Source of the DNA: an uncultured Dehalococcoidaceae bacterium | GTDB lineage: Bacteria; Chloroflexota; Dehalococcoidia; Dehalococcoidales; RBG-16-60-22 | DNA: 60,058 nucleotides | Assembly (NCBI GenBank): GCA_964409485.1 | Contig: CAYPDM010000002.1 | Location: 1 to 60,058 of the forward strand | Direction of reading: 5' to 3' | In this document: in pieces, positions 43,944 through 53,013 of the stretch | Layout: each line of letters begins with the position of its first letter | Position numbering within the stretch: the stretch's first letter is position 1 | Notes under the pieces: model-generated | Seen by the model: the letters and a program-made list of their open reading frames with translations, nothing else | Told to the model about the DNA's origin: nothing | Databases searched by the model: none | Program-made: the position numbers and the translations under genes

Positions 43944-45113
43944 GTGGACATTGATAAACTCAAGGAAGCCGTTACCGGCGAAATAGACTCTCGCCGCGAA
44001 AAGCTTGCCGCGCTAAGCAGGAAACTGCACGACAACCCGGAGATAGCCTTCGAGGAGAAGCAGGCTGCCGAATGGCTGACGGAATATCTTGAACAAAACG
44101 GGTTTTCCGTGGAAAAGGGAATTTCCGGACTGCCCACTGCTTTCAAGGGGAAATACGGCGGTGGGAAGCCGGTTATCGCCTTTCTCGCCGAATACGACGC
44201 CCTGCCTAAATTAGGGCACGCCTGCGGACACAACCTCATCGCCACCGCCTCCATGGCCGCCGCGGCGGCCTCGCAAAAGGCCGTGGACGAGCTGGGCGGC
44301 TGTATCATGGTCTTCGGTACCCCCGGCGAGGAATTGTACGGCGGCAAAGCCGTCATGGCGGAGAGAGGCGCCTTTACCGATATCGATATGGCCATGATAG
44401 CCCACCCCGGCGGGGGGAACACGGTGGTGATGAATACCCTCGCCTGTGAAACCCTTCAGATTGAGTTCATCGGCAAAGCGGCCCATGCCGCCGCCGAGCC
44501 GGAGACCGGCATCAGCGCCCTGGAAGCAATGATTCAGTCCTTTAATGCCATTAATTCCCTCCGGCAGCACATCAGGGACAGGGCGCGCATTAACGGCATT
44601 ATTACCGACGGTGGTGAGGCGGCCAATATCATCCCGGCCCACACCGCCGCCACTTTTATAGTCCGCGCCGAGTATGACGCTTATCTGGACGAGCTTAAGA
44701 AAAAGGTGATTAACTGTTTCAGTGGCGCGTCCAGGGCAACTGGTGCTAAACTAAAATATAAGTGGGGAGAACACTACGCCGCCATGTTCAATAACCTGAC
44801 CATGGCGCGGCTTTTTAAACAGAATATGCAATCGCTGGGACGCGGCATACGTCTCGGTGATAATACCATGATGACTTTCAGTACCGATGTGGGAAATGTC
44901 AGCCAGCTCGTGCCGACTATTCAGCCGCTGGTAGCCATAGCTCCGCACGATATTCAGATACATACGCCGCAGTTTGCCGAAGCGGCTGCTTCGGAGGATG
45001 GTTTGAGCGGTATGCTGGATGCGGCCAAGGCCATGGCGATGACCGTTGTGGATATCCTGGCCGACCCCGAAACGGCTGAAAAAATCCGGGAAGAGTTCCG
45101 CAAAGGTAAATGA
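43944..45113 (+). CDS. M20-family amidohydrolase/peptidase (AbgB-like)
   Basis: 389 aa. GTG start. ...AEYDALPKLGHACGHNLIA... metal-binding motif. FGTPGEE. Confidence 0.88.
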   Translation: MDIDKLKEAVTGEIDSRREKLAALSRKLHDNPEIAFEEKQAAEWLTEYLEQNGFSVEKGISGLPTAFKGKYGGGKPVIAFLAEYDALPKLGHACGHNLIATASMAAAAASQKAVDELGGCIMVFGTPGEELYGGKAVMAERGAFTDIDMAMIAHPGGGNTVVMNTLACETLQIEFIGKAAHAAAEPETGISALEAMIQSFNAINSLRQHIRDRARINGIITDGGEAANIIPAHTAATFIVRAEYDAYLDELKKKVINCFSGASRATGAKLKYKWGEHYAAMFNNLTMARLFKQNMQSLGRGIRLGDNTMMTFSTDVGNVSQLVPTIQPLVAIAPHDIQIHTPQFAEAAASEDGLSGMLDAAKAMAMTVVDILADPETAEKIREEFRKGK

Positions 45114-45168
45114 CCGCTGGCGGCCAGGCCGCGTTTTCAGTTTATATGAGTATTAGAGAGAGATAAAT

Positions 45169-46149
45169 ATGGAAGCCTATCTGGGCATTGATGTCGGCTC
45201 GGTTACCACCAAGTTTGCCGTATTAAATACGTCCGATGATTTACTCGCCGGTCTTTACCTGCCCACCGGCGGCAGGCCTGTGGACATGGTTCAGCAGGGT
45301 TTGCGGCAAATACAGCAGGAGTTGCCGGCGGATGCCGTGATTAAAGGTGTGGCCGCCACCGGGAGCGCCCGCTATATGGCCGGGGCTATCGTCGGGGCCG
45401 ACCTTGTGAAAAACGAGATTACCTGCCAGGCCGTAGCCGCCGTTGATGTTGTCCCGGATGTCCGCACGGTCATAGAAATCGGCGGGCAGGACAGTAAAAT
45501 TATCATCGTGCGGGGAGGCATGGTGACCGATTTTGGGATGAATACCGTTTGCGCCGCCGGTACGGGGAGCTTCCTCGACCATCAGGCGGGCCGACTTAAC
45601 ATGAGTATTGAAGAGCTGTCCCGCCGGGCTATGCTTGGGGGCGACTCGGTTCATATTTCCGGTCGCTGCACCGTCTTCGCCGAGTCGGACATGGTGCACA
45701 AGCAGCAGACGGGACACAAAGTTGACGATATTATTTACGGACTCTGCTGCGCTCTGGTGCGTAACTACCTGGGTGATGTCGGCTCGGGCAAGGATATCCA
45801 GTCGCCGGTGGTCTTCCAGGGAGGTGTTGCCTTTAACCGGGGTATCGTCAGGGCGCTGCGTGACGAGCTAAAGACGGAGATAATCGTGCCCCCCCGCCAC
45901 GAGCTCATGGGCGCTATCGGCGCGGCCCTGCTCGTGCATGAACATGCCGCGGTCAGCCGTAACGGCTGCCGGTTCAAGGGATTCGGCGTCAGCGAGGCGG
46001 AATATAAGACTTCGTCGTTCGAATGCCATGCCTGCCCCACTGCCTGTGAAATTGTCCGGATTTCCGAGGGCGACCGTGTTGTCGCCTGCTACGGCGGACA
46101 GTGCGATATGTGGGAAGAAAGCGTCGTTAAACAGGGAGAACATCATTAG
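45169..46149 (+). CDS. BcrA/BadF/HgdC-type ATPase (2-hydroxyacyl-CoA dehydratase activase family) with a Cys-rich C-terminus
   Basis: 326 aa. GIDVGSVTTK, EIGGQDSKII, CAAGTGSFLD acetate/sugar-kinase-fold motifs. C-terminal CHACPTACE...CYGGQC. Confidence 0.85.
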   Translation: MEAYLGIDVGSVTTKFAVLNTSDDLLAGLYLPTGGRPVDMVQQGLRQIQQELPADAVIKGVAATGSARYMAGAIVGADLVKNEITCQAVAAVDVVPDVRTVIEIGGQDSKIIIVRGGMVTDFGMNTVCAAGTGSFLDHQAGRLNMSIEELSRRAMLGGDSVHISGRCTVFAESDMVHKQQTGHKVDDIIYGLCCALVRNYLGDVGSGKDIQSPVVFQGGVAFNRGIVRALRDELKTEIIVPPRHELMGAIGAALLVHEHAAVSRNGCRFKGFGVSEAEYKTSSFECHACPTACEIVRISEGDRVVACYGGQCDMWEESVVKQGEHH

Positions 46150-47165
46150 TGATTAAAATTGCAGTTGATGCCGCCGGGGGCGACTATGCCCCCCACGAAG
46201 TCGTCAAGGGTGCTATAAAAGCAGCCCAGGAATACGGCGTGGAGATTACCCTGGTAGGCAGAAAGAATGTCCTTCGTACACTGGCGGCAAAATCTATAGA
46301 GAAAGTCCCCATTACTCTCGTTGACGCCAAGCAGGTTATTGATTTTAATGAGCACCCTATCAAGGCTGTACAAAACAAGCCCAACTCCTCTATTGTGGTC
46401 GGCATCAATCTGCTCAAGAGCAATGGCGTCGACGCCTTTGTTTCCGCGGGAAATACCGGGGCGGTGGTTGCGGCGTCGCTTCTGACTCTGGGCAGGGTAA
46501 AAGGCATCAGCCGGGCGGCTATCGGCTGTTTCCTGGATACCATATCGTCCTACCCGGCGCTGCTGGTGGACGCCGGCGCCAACGCGGATTGCCGTCCGGA
46601 GCACCTTCTGGAATTTGCCAGACTGGGTTCAATTTACAGTAAATACCTTCTTAAAATAGAGTCACCGCGGGTTGGCCTTCTATGCAACGGTGTAGAGGAG
46701 GGTAAGGGCAACCGCCTGACCCAGGATACTTATCGGCTCCTGAAAGACGCCGCGGATATTAATTTTTCCGGTAATATTGAAGGACATGATATTGTCAGGA
46801 GGACTTCCGATGTCATTGTCACCGATGGCTTTACCGGGAATATAATCCTCAAGGCCATCGAGGGTTTTAATGATAATTTCTTAATATCGGTGCGGCAGCT
46901 GGGGCATGTTTTTTCCAGCGTCTCGCGACTGCGCGCCCGCGACCTGCTCCGTGATATCGGGCTGCGTTCCTGGACGAAAAAAATGGACTACACCGAGTAT
47001 GGCGGGGCCTGTCTCCTCGGCGTGAACGGCAGTGTCATTATCGCCCACGGCCGCAGTCAGGCTAAGGCTATCAAGAATGCTATAGGTCTCGCCAAGGAGA
47101 CCGTTGAATGCGGTATAACCGAAAAAATAAGGGAGGGAAACAATGAGCAAGCCAGTGGAAATTGA
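46149..47165 (+). CDS. plsX: phosphate acyltransferase PlsX
   Basis: 338 aa. The GTG overlaps the upstream TAG. IAVDAAGGDYAP, GNTGA. Confidence 0.95.
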   Translation: MIKIAVDAAGGDYAPHEVVKGAIKAAQEYGVEITLVGRKNVLRTLAAKSIEKVPITLVDAKQVIDFNEHPIKAVQNKPNSSIVVGINLLKSNGVDAFVSAGNTGAVVAASLLTLGRVKGISRAAIGCFLDTISSYPALLVDAGANADCRPEHLLEFARLGSIYSKYLLKIESPRVGLLCNGVEEGKGNRLTQDTYRLLKDAADINFSGNIEGHDIVRRTSDVIVTDGFTGNIILKAIEGFNDNFLISVRQLGHVFSSVSRLRARDLLRDIGLRSWTKKMDYTEYGGACLLGVNGSVIIAHGRSQAKAIKNAIGLAKETVECGITEKIREGNNEQASGN

Positions 47166-47466
47166 AGAAACGAGTTTTGATGAAAAGGTTTTAAAGGCAG
47201 ATACGCCGGTACTGGTCGATTTCTGGGCGCCCTGGTGCGGACCGTGCCGGATGGTAGCCCCCGTTGTCGAAGAACTGGCGGAAGATTACGACGGCCAGGT
47301 GAGTTTCGTCAAGCTGAATGTGGATAACGCCCCCCAGGTTGCCAGCAGGTACGGCATTATGAGCATCCCCACGCTGATGCTCTTCAATAAAGGGGAGCCG
47401 GTTGATACGATTATCGGCTTCCGCCCCAAGGAAGAGTTGAAGAAAAGCCTGGAAACGGCACTGTAA
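47143..47466 (+). CDS. trxA: thioredoxin
   Basis: 107 aa. WAPWCGPC active site. RBS GGGAGGG. Confidence 0.96.
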   Translation: MSKPVEIEETSFDEKVLKADTPVLVDFWAPWCGPCRMVAPVVEELAEDYDGQVSFVKLNVDNAPQVASRYGIMSIPTLMLFNKGEPVDTIIGFRPKEELKKSLETAL

Positions 47467-47510
47467 GCGGAATAAACGCAGGGCTTGAGTGGTAAAGGGG
47501 GGTGATATTA

Positions 47511-48437
47511 ATGGTCAAGTCTCCCAAAAAATATGATATCGTCATTATCGGCGGTGGACCTGCCGGGTTAAGCGCGGGTATTTATATCGCCCGGGCCAGG
47601 CTGAACAGCCTGCTTATCGAAAGGGGGGCTATCGGCGGTCAGATTATCAATACCGAATGGGTGGAAAATTACCCCGGTTTTACCGAAAGTATCAGTGGTA
47701 TTGATTTGACCGAAGCCATGCACAAGCAGGCTACGAAATTCGGACTGGAGACTCTCCTAGCCGATGTTGCCGGGATTCAGAAAAAAGGTAAGCAGTTTAT
47801 CGTGAAGACCTCCAGCGGCGATTTTCCGGCTAAGGCCGTCATCATCGCCAGCGGCTCGGAGCGGCAGAAGCTCGGCGTGCCCGGCGAGGCGGAGTTTACC
47901 GGGAAAGGCGTCTCTTACTGCGCAACCTGTGACGGCCCGTTCTTTCGGGATAAAGAGGTAGCCGTGGTAGGCGGCGGCAACGCCGCTCTCACGGAAGCCA
48001 TCGAGCTTACCAGGTTCGCCTCGAAGATAACGGTTATACACCGCCGGAACGAACTGCGCGCCACAAAAATATTGCAGGAAAAAGCCTTCGCCGAAAAAAA
48101 GATTCAAATTCTGTGGGATAGCGTGCTAGAGGAAATCAGCGGTGATAATTTCGTCGGAAAGGTCAAGATAAACAACGTTAAGACTCAAAAGAAGTCCGTC
48201 CTTGATGTTTCCGGGGTTTTTATGGCGGTCGGTTTTAAGCCCAATACGGGCTATCTTAAGGACATCGTGAAACTGGACGATAACGGCGCAATAATCACCA
48301 ATGAGCGCATGGAGACCGGTACCCCCGGTATATTCGCCGCCGGCGATATACGCAGCGGTTCTATCCGTCAGGTAATCGCCGCCGCTGGCGACGGCGCCGT
48401 GGCTGCCATCGGCGCCGAAAGATATATCTCGGAATAA
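47511..48437 (+). CDS. trxB: thioredoxin-disulfide reductase
   Basis: ATG after AAGGGGGGTG (the ORF is open from the GTG at 47502). GGGPAG, redox CATCDG, GGGNAA. Confidence 0.95.
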   Translation: MVKSPKKYDIVIIGGGPAGLSAGIYIARARLNSLLIERGAIGGQIINTEWVENYPGFTESISGIDLTEAMHKQATKFGLETLLADVAGIQKKGKQFIVKTSSGDFPAKAVIIASGSERQKLGVPGEAEFTGKGVSYCATCDGPFFRDKEVAVVGGGNAALTEAIELTRFASKITVIHRRNELRATKILQEKAFAEKKIQILWDSVLEEISGDNFVGKVKINNVKTQKKSVLDVSGVFMAVGFKPNTGYLKDIVKLDDNGAIITNERMETGTPGIFAAGDIRSGSIRQVIAAAGDGAVAAIGAERYISE

Positions 48438-48548
48438 TAAAAATTTTTCCAGAAACTCCGGTTTTTTTAGGGTCTGGCTTTGACCGTTATTTGACGTATC
48501 CCAGCAGTTATTATATAAGTATAATTGTCGCCAAAAAAGGAGTAAATC

Positions 48549-49247
48549 GTGAAGGTTATTTTTATAGAAGATGTCCCCAAAGTCGCCAGGGTCGGTCAGA
48601 CCAGGATAGTGGCTGACGGCTATGCCAGGAATTACCTGCTGCCGCGCAAGCTGGCTGTTGTCGCCGATTCGCAGGTCGCGGCGGCTATGGAGTCGCAGCT
48701 GAAAAAGAAAATACAGCAGCGCGAGCTTGAAGAAGCCGAGATGGCCAAGCTGGCGGAAAAAATGAGCGAAGTTGAAATCACCATCAAGGCCAAGGTCGGC
48801 GAGAGTGAAAAACTGTACGGCTCGGTTACCGGCGCCGATATCGCCGAGGAATTGGGTAAGAGCGCCGGTCATGATATCGATAAAAAGAAAATAGAGATGG
48901 CTGAACCGATTCGTCAGCTTGGCGTTCATGACGTGACCGTCAGGTTCGCCCATGAAATCACCGCGGTCATTAAGGTCAACGTGATATCGGACGAGGTGGT
49001 AGAAGAGAAGCCCGAGAAAGCGGAAAAGGCGGAGAAGAAAGAGAAGAAGCCCAGGGCTAAAGCCGCCAAGAAGACCAAAGCAGCCAAAGAAAAAGCGGAA
49101 GAGCCGGAAGCCAAAGCGGAAGAGCCTGAAGCAAAAGCAGAAGAGCCTGAAGCTAAAGAAGAAGAGCCTGAAGCTAAAGAAGAAGAGACGGCGGCTATAG
49201 TTGAAGAAGCCGAAGCCATAGAAGAAGAGATGGAAGCAAAGGAGTAA
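48549..49247 (+). CDS. rplI: 50S ribosomal protein L9 with an ~85-aa K/E/A/P-rich C-terminal extension
   Basis: 232 aa. N-terminus MKVIFIEDV...GQTRIVADGYARNYLLPRKLA. Canonical L9 is about 150 aa. Confidence 0.92.
   Translation: MKVIFIEDVPKVARVGQTRIVADGYARNYLLPRKLAVVADSQVAAAMESQLKKKIQQRELEEAEMAKLAEKMSEVEITIKAKVGESEKLYGSVTGADIAEELGKSAGHDIDKKKIEMAEPIRQLGVHDVTVRFAHEITAVIKVNVISDEVVEEKPEKAEKAEKKEKKPRAKAAKKTKAAKEKAEEPEAKAEEPEAKAEEPEAKEEEPEAKEEETAAIVEEAEAIEEEMEAKE
49098..49190 (+). repeat. 21-bp tandem repeat (4.4 units) inside rplI encoding (E)EPEAKA heptads
   Basis: Units at 49098, 49119, 49140 and 49161: GAAGAGCC(G/T)GAAGC(C/A/T)AAAG(C/A)(G/A). The last two units are identical. Confidence 0.9.
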
Positions 49248-49254
49248 CGACCCG

Positions 49255-50634
49255 GTGAATGATGTCAGACTCCCGCCGAACGATAACGATGCTGAAGAAG
49301 CGGTCGTCGGCTCGCTGCTGATTGACGGCGCGGCCATTTTTCAAATTGCCGACTTTCTTCAGCCGGTGGACTTCTATTTCGAGCAGAACCAGTGGCTTTA
49401 CGACGCCTGCATGGAGCTCTTCAGGCGGGATGAAGCCATCAACCAGGTAACGCTGGCGCAGGAACTCTCCCGCAAAAACCGTCTGGAAGCCTGCGGTGGC
49501 TCCGCCCGCCTCAACTATCTCATATCCGTCTGCCCCACCTCCCTGGATATCGAGCATTACGCCCGCATCGTCTACCGGCTTTCTATAATGCGCCAGATGA
49601 TAAGCGCCGGCGACCGTATCTCGGCCATCGGCTACGAGGCCGGCCCGGATGTTGAGGATAGCCTGGCCAAAGCCGAAAGTGTGCTGTTCAAGCTGCGCCG
49701 CGGGGGAGGCACCGGCGACCTTACCCACATCCGGCAGGTGCTGGACAAGTATTTTGAGGTGGCGCCGCCGGCCGGCGACGAGAAGGCCGAGCAGCTGCCT
49801 TACGTTCTCTCCAGCTTCCCTGGACTCGACGAGTTTCTGGGCGGCTTCCAGCGGGCCGACCTTGTTATTATTGCCGGTCGACCCAGCATGGGGAAGACCA
49901 GCCTGGCGCTGAATATCGCCCGTAATGCCGCCGTCGACCACAAGGCATGCGTCGCCCTGTTCAGCGTGGAGATGGCGCGCGACTCCCTGGTGATGCGCCT
50001 CCTTTCCAGTGAATCCGGCGTCAATGCCCGCCGACTTCGCTTCGGTCAGCATAGCGATGAAAGTGAAGAAAGGCGCGTCATGGAGGCCACCGGCGTCCTC
50101 TCGGAAGCGCCCATATATATTGACGATACCCCCATGCTCCGCATGGCGGAGATGCGCAGCAAAGCCCTCCGCCTCAACTACGAGCGCGGTATCGATATGG
50201 TAATTATAGATTACCTCCAGCTGATGGAGGGGGAGGGTATCAGGGGCGAAAATCGCGTGCAGGAAATCAGCTATATTTCACGGGCGCTCAAGGCGCTGGC
50301 GCGCGAGATCGGCGCCCCGGTGCTGGCGGTATCCCAGCTAAGCCGCGCCGTGGAATGGCGCGCCTCCCACGAACCCCAGCTTTCCGACCTGCGTGAAAGC
50401 GGCAGCATCGAGCAGGATGCGGATGTCGTTATCTTTATCTACCGCGATGAATATTACTTCAAGACCGAGGATGAATGGATTGCCGCCCACCCCGACCGTG
50501 AATATCCCCGCGAGGAAGCCGATGTTATTATCGCCAAGCACCGCAACGGGCCCATCGGCCGAATAAAGATGCGTTTCCGCCATAACCTTGCCAGGTTTGA
50601 AAGCCTCGGCAGCGTGGAGCCGACGATGCTATGA
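49255..50634 (+). CDS. dnaB: replicative DNA helicase
   Basis: 459 aa. GTG start. PPNDNDAEEAVVGSLL N-terminus. Walker A GRPSMGKTSLALNIA. IIDYLQLM. Confidence 0.96.
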   Translation: MNDVRLPPNDNDAEEAVVGSLLIDGAAIFQIADFLQPVDFYFEQNQWLYDACMELFRRDEAINQVTLAQELSRKNRLEACGGSARLNYLISVCPTSLDIEHYARIVYRLSIMRQMISAGDRISAIGYEAGPDVEDSLAKAESVLFKLRRGGGTGDLTHIRQVLDKYFEVAPPAGDEKAEQLPYVLSSFPGLDEFLGGFQRADLVIIAGRPSMGKTSLALNIARNAAVDHKACVALFSVEMARDSLVMRLLSSESGVNARRLRFGQHSDESEERRVMEATGVLSEAPIYIDDTPMLRMAEMRSKALRLNYERGIDMVIIDYLQLMEGEGIRGENRVQEISYISRALKALAREIGAPVLAVSQLSRAVEWRASHEPQLSDLRESGSIEQDADVVIFIYRDEYYFKTEDEWIAAHPDREYPREEADVIIAKHRNGPIGRIKMRFRHNLARFESLGSVEPTML

Positions 50635-51344
50635 AGGACTTTCAGGGGTTCCCCGCCAGGATGGAGTTTACCTCCGTCCCCAATGTCTTTTTCAGCAGCC
50701 TGCTGCCGGAAATATCCGATGTAGCCGAGTTGAAAACGACTCTTCACGTTATGGCGGCGCTCTACCGCAAAAAGGGGCACCCGCGCTACGTGAGTTACAG
50801 CGAGTTGCTGGGCGATGCCGGCCTGATGGAAAGTCTCAAGGGGATTAAAGGCGCGCCTGATGAGCTGCTGCACAGCGCCCTGAAACTGGCCTCCGAACGG
50901 GGCACGTTGATACACCTGGCGGTGGAGAAGGACGGGGGTTCCGAAGACATCTATTTGCTTAACGACGGGTCCTCACGGCAGGCGGCGGCGAAAATCGAGA
51001 GCGGCGAGCTCAAGCTGAAGGGACTGAAATTAAAAGAGCGCGCTTACGCCCCGGCAGAGGAAATGCCGGATATTTTCACCCTCTACGAGCAGAATATCGG
51101 CATGCTGACACCTATGATAGCGGATGAGCTACGCGACGCCGAGGAACATTACCCGCCGGACTGGATACGGGATGCCATTAAAGAGGCCGCGCTGAACAAC
51201 AAGCGCAGCATTAAATATATCGCTAAAATTTTAGAGAACTGGTCGGTAGAAGGCAGGAGCGATGGAACACATCAGCGAGATACTAAAAAGACAGACCCGG
51301 ACAGGTTCGTCAAAGGAAAGTACGGACACATGGTCCGCCGCTGA
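50631..51344 (+). CDS. DnaD/DnaB_2-domain replication protein (helicase-loading co-factor-like)
   Basis: 237 aa. ATGA overlap with dnaB. C-terminal YEQNIGMLTPMIADELRDAEEHYPPDWIRDAIKEAALNNKRSIKYIAKILENW fits the DnaD-like C-terminal domain pattern. Confidence 0.7.
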   Translation: MKDFQGFPARMEFTSVPNVFFSSLLPEISDVAELKTTLHVMAALYRKKGHPRYVSYSELLGDAGLMESLKGIKGAPDELLHSALKLASERGTLIHLAVEKDGGSEDIYLLNDGSSRQAAAKIESGELKLKGLKLKERAYAPAEEMPDIFTLYEQNIGMLTPMIADELRDAEEHYPPDWIRDAIKEAALNNKRSIKYIAKILENWSVEGRSDGTHQRDTKKTDPDRFVKGKYGHMVRR

Positions 51345-52674
51345 AGAAACTGCGCCGGTTGATTCTGAATGTCCCGTCTGCAAGGGCGCCGGTATCGTTC
51401 ACCCCCGGCTCCCTTCCGGCGAGCCTGACTACAGCCGCGTCGTTCCCTGCCGCTGTACAAAAAAAGAGCAGGCGGACGAACGGGAAGAGCGACTCAAGCG
51501 CTACAGCAACCTGGGCTCGCTCACACGCTTTACCTTCGAGAATATGGAATCGAAAGGCCGTAGCGGCAGTAAAAAGAGCCAGGAGCAGTTCGACCTGGCG
51601 TATCAGGCCGCTAAGGATTTCGCCGCCGACCCCCGTGGCTGGCTGGTATTGAGCGGCCCCAGCGGCAGCGGTAAGACCCATCTGGCCGCGGCCGTCGTCA
51701 ACGAACGTATCGAAAATAGTCACCCGGCTTTTTACATTACCACCCCCGACCTCCTCGACCGGCTCCGCGCTTCTTTTAGGTCTGACAGCGAGGTGCCCTA
51801 CAGCGAGTTCTTCGAACAGGTTCGCAATGCCTCCCTGCTGGCGCTGGATGACCTCGGCGCCCAGTCCGGCACCCCCTTTGCCAAAGAAAAGCTGGACCAG
51901 CTGTTGACCTCCCGCTTCAACGCCGGGCTGCCGACCGTTATCGTCGCCATTACGCCCGTGGAGGATATGGACGACCGTCTTCGCACCCGCCTGACCGACC
52001 CCGATTTTTGTCGGGTCTACGCGCTCGAGGAGGAACAGCCCGTGTCCGAATATAGCTGGGGCCCGGAGTTCGAGCTTCAGAGAAAGATGACCTTTATAAA
52101 TTTCAAGCGCCGCAATAACCTTTCCGTTGAGATGCAGGACAACATGGACGAGGCCTATCGCTTGGCTTTTGATTTTGCCAAAAACCCGGAAGGCTGGCTG
52201 GTATTCATGGGCGATACCGGCTGCGGCAAGACCCACCTTGCGGCGGCTATCGTCAATTACCGCTACGAGGCGGGTAAACCCGCCCTTTTCATCGTGGTGC
52301 CGGAGTTCCTCGACCACCTCCGCTCGGCCTTCTCCCCGGAGAGCAAGGTATCCTACGACGATTTTTTCGAAAGCGTCAAGACGGCGCCCCTGCTGGTCTT
52401 GGACGACTTCGGAGAGCATTCGATGACGCCCTGGGTAAGGGAAAAACTCTACCAGCTTATCAACTACCGCCACAATTCCCGGCTGCCCACGGTTATCACC
52501 ACCCAGTATTCCTTCGACCAGATTTTACAGGGGGTCGACCCCGCTATCAGCTCCCGCCTGGTCGATAAAGAGAACAGCGTTCCCTTCAACATCATGGCCC
52601 CGGATTTCCGCGGCGACCGGCGCGCCGGCGGTAAACAGACTCCCCCCCGCGGCAGGAGCAGCCGCAGCCGCTAG
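51262..52674 (+). CDS. tandem-duplicated DnaC/DnaI-type AAA+ helicase loader with an N-terminal CxxCxGxG zinc knuckle
   Basis: 470 aa. AGGAG RBS. CPVCKGAG...CRC. Two homologous AAA+ modules with Walker A (GPSGSGKTHLAAAVVN and GDTGCGKTHLAAAIVN) and Walker B (LLALDDLG and LLVLDDFG). Confidence 0.85.
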   Translation: MEHISEILKRQTRTGSSKESTDTWSAAEETAPVDSECPVCKGAGIVHPRLPSGEPDYSRVVPCRCTKKEQADEREERLKRYSNLGSLTRFTFENMESKGRSGSKKSQEQFDLAYQAAKDFAADPRGWLVLSGPSGSGKTHLAAAVVNERIENSHPAFYITTPDLLDRLRASFRSDSEVPYSEFFEQVRNASLLALDDLGAQSGTPFAKEKLDQLLTSRFNAGLPTVIVAITPVEDMDDRLRTRLTDPDFCRVYALEEEQPVSEYSWGPEFELQRKMTFINFKRRNNLSVEMQDNMDEAYRLAFDFAKNPEGWLVFMGDTGCGKTHLAAAIVNYRYEAGKPALFIVVPEFLDHLRSAFSPESKVSYDDFFESVKTAPLLVLDDFGEHSMTPWVREKLYQLINYRHNSRLPTVITTQYSFDQILQGVDPAISSRLVDKENSVPFNIMAPDFRGDRRAGGKQTPPRGRSSRSR

Positions 52675-52925
52675 CTCCCCACCCCCCTCGTTTTATATCT
52701 TTTCCCACCCGCGCCGCCCTCGCATCATCTACGGCTTAGTCCAAAGAGATATAACCTCCATATTATGAAACGGGGAGTCCGCAGCGATAGGGGGCGAATA
52801 TTATATAAGGGGCGTATAAGAGGGGCGAAGCCCCTCTTTCTATATATTTCCCCCTTCCCTTCACAAATATCCTAAAGGGAAGGGGGTTAGGGGGATAGGT
52901 TCACCAAAAAACAGGGGTTGAGGTA
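52675..52925 (+). repeat. full-length composite intergenic element, copy B (twin of 12809-13058)
   Basis: Starts directly after the stop at 52672-52674. 52695-52898 equals 12827-13030 except for one base. Confidence 0.85.
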
Positions 52926-53013
52926 GATAGTATTCTCCCTTTTATAGTAACTTTACAGATAGGGCAACTTTGACTACAATATTACCGGTGCTTTACGGAA
53001 GGGGGCCATTGCC

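Noticed and set aside
48126-49337. 403-aa minus-strand ORF antisense to trxB 3' end, rplI and dnaB 5' end
   Set aside because: It is the low-complexity F/L/R/G-rich mirror image of the K/E-repeat region of rplI. It has no motif and overlaps three well-supported plus-strand genes, so it is a shadow ORF.
51310-52473. 387-aa minus-strand ORF antisense to the tandem dnaC/dnaI-like gene
   Set aside because: No recognisable motif, whereas the plus-strand frame carries two full Walker A/B AAA+ modules. This is a typical GC-rich antisense open frame.
52953-52980. TTACAG-N16-TACAAT as a promoter for the HAD gene
   Set aside because: The hexamers are plausible, but the -35 is weak and the spacing suboptimal. 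There are many similar matches in AT-richer intergenic DNA. It is not strong enough to list as a feature.
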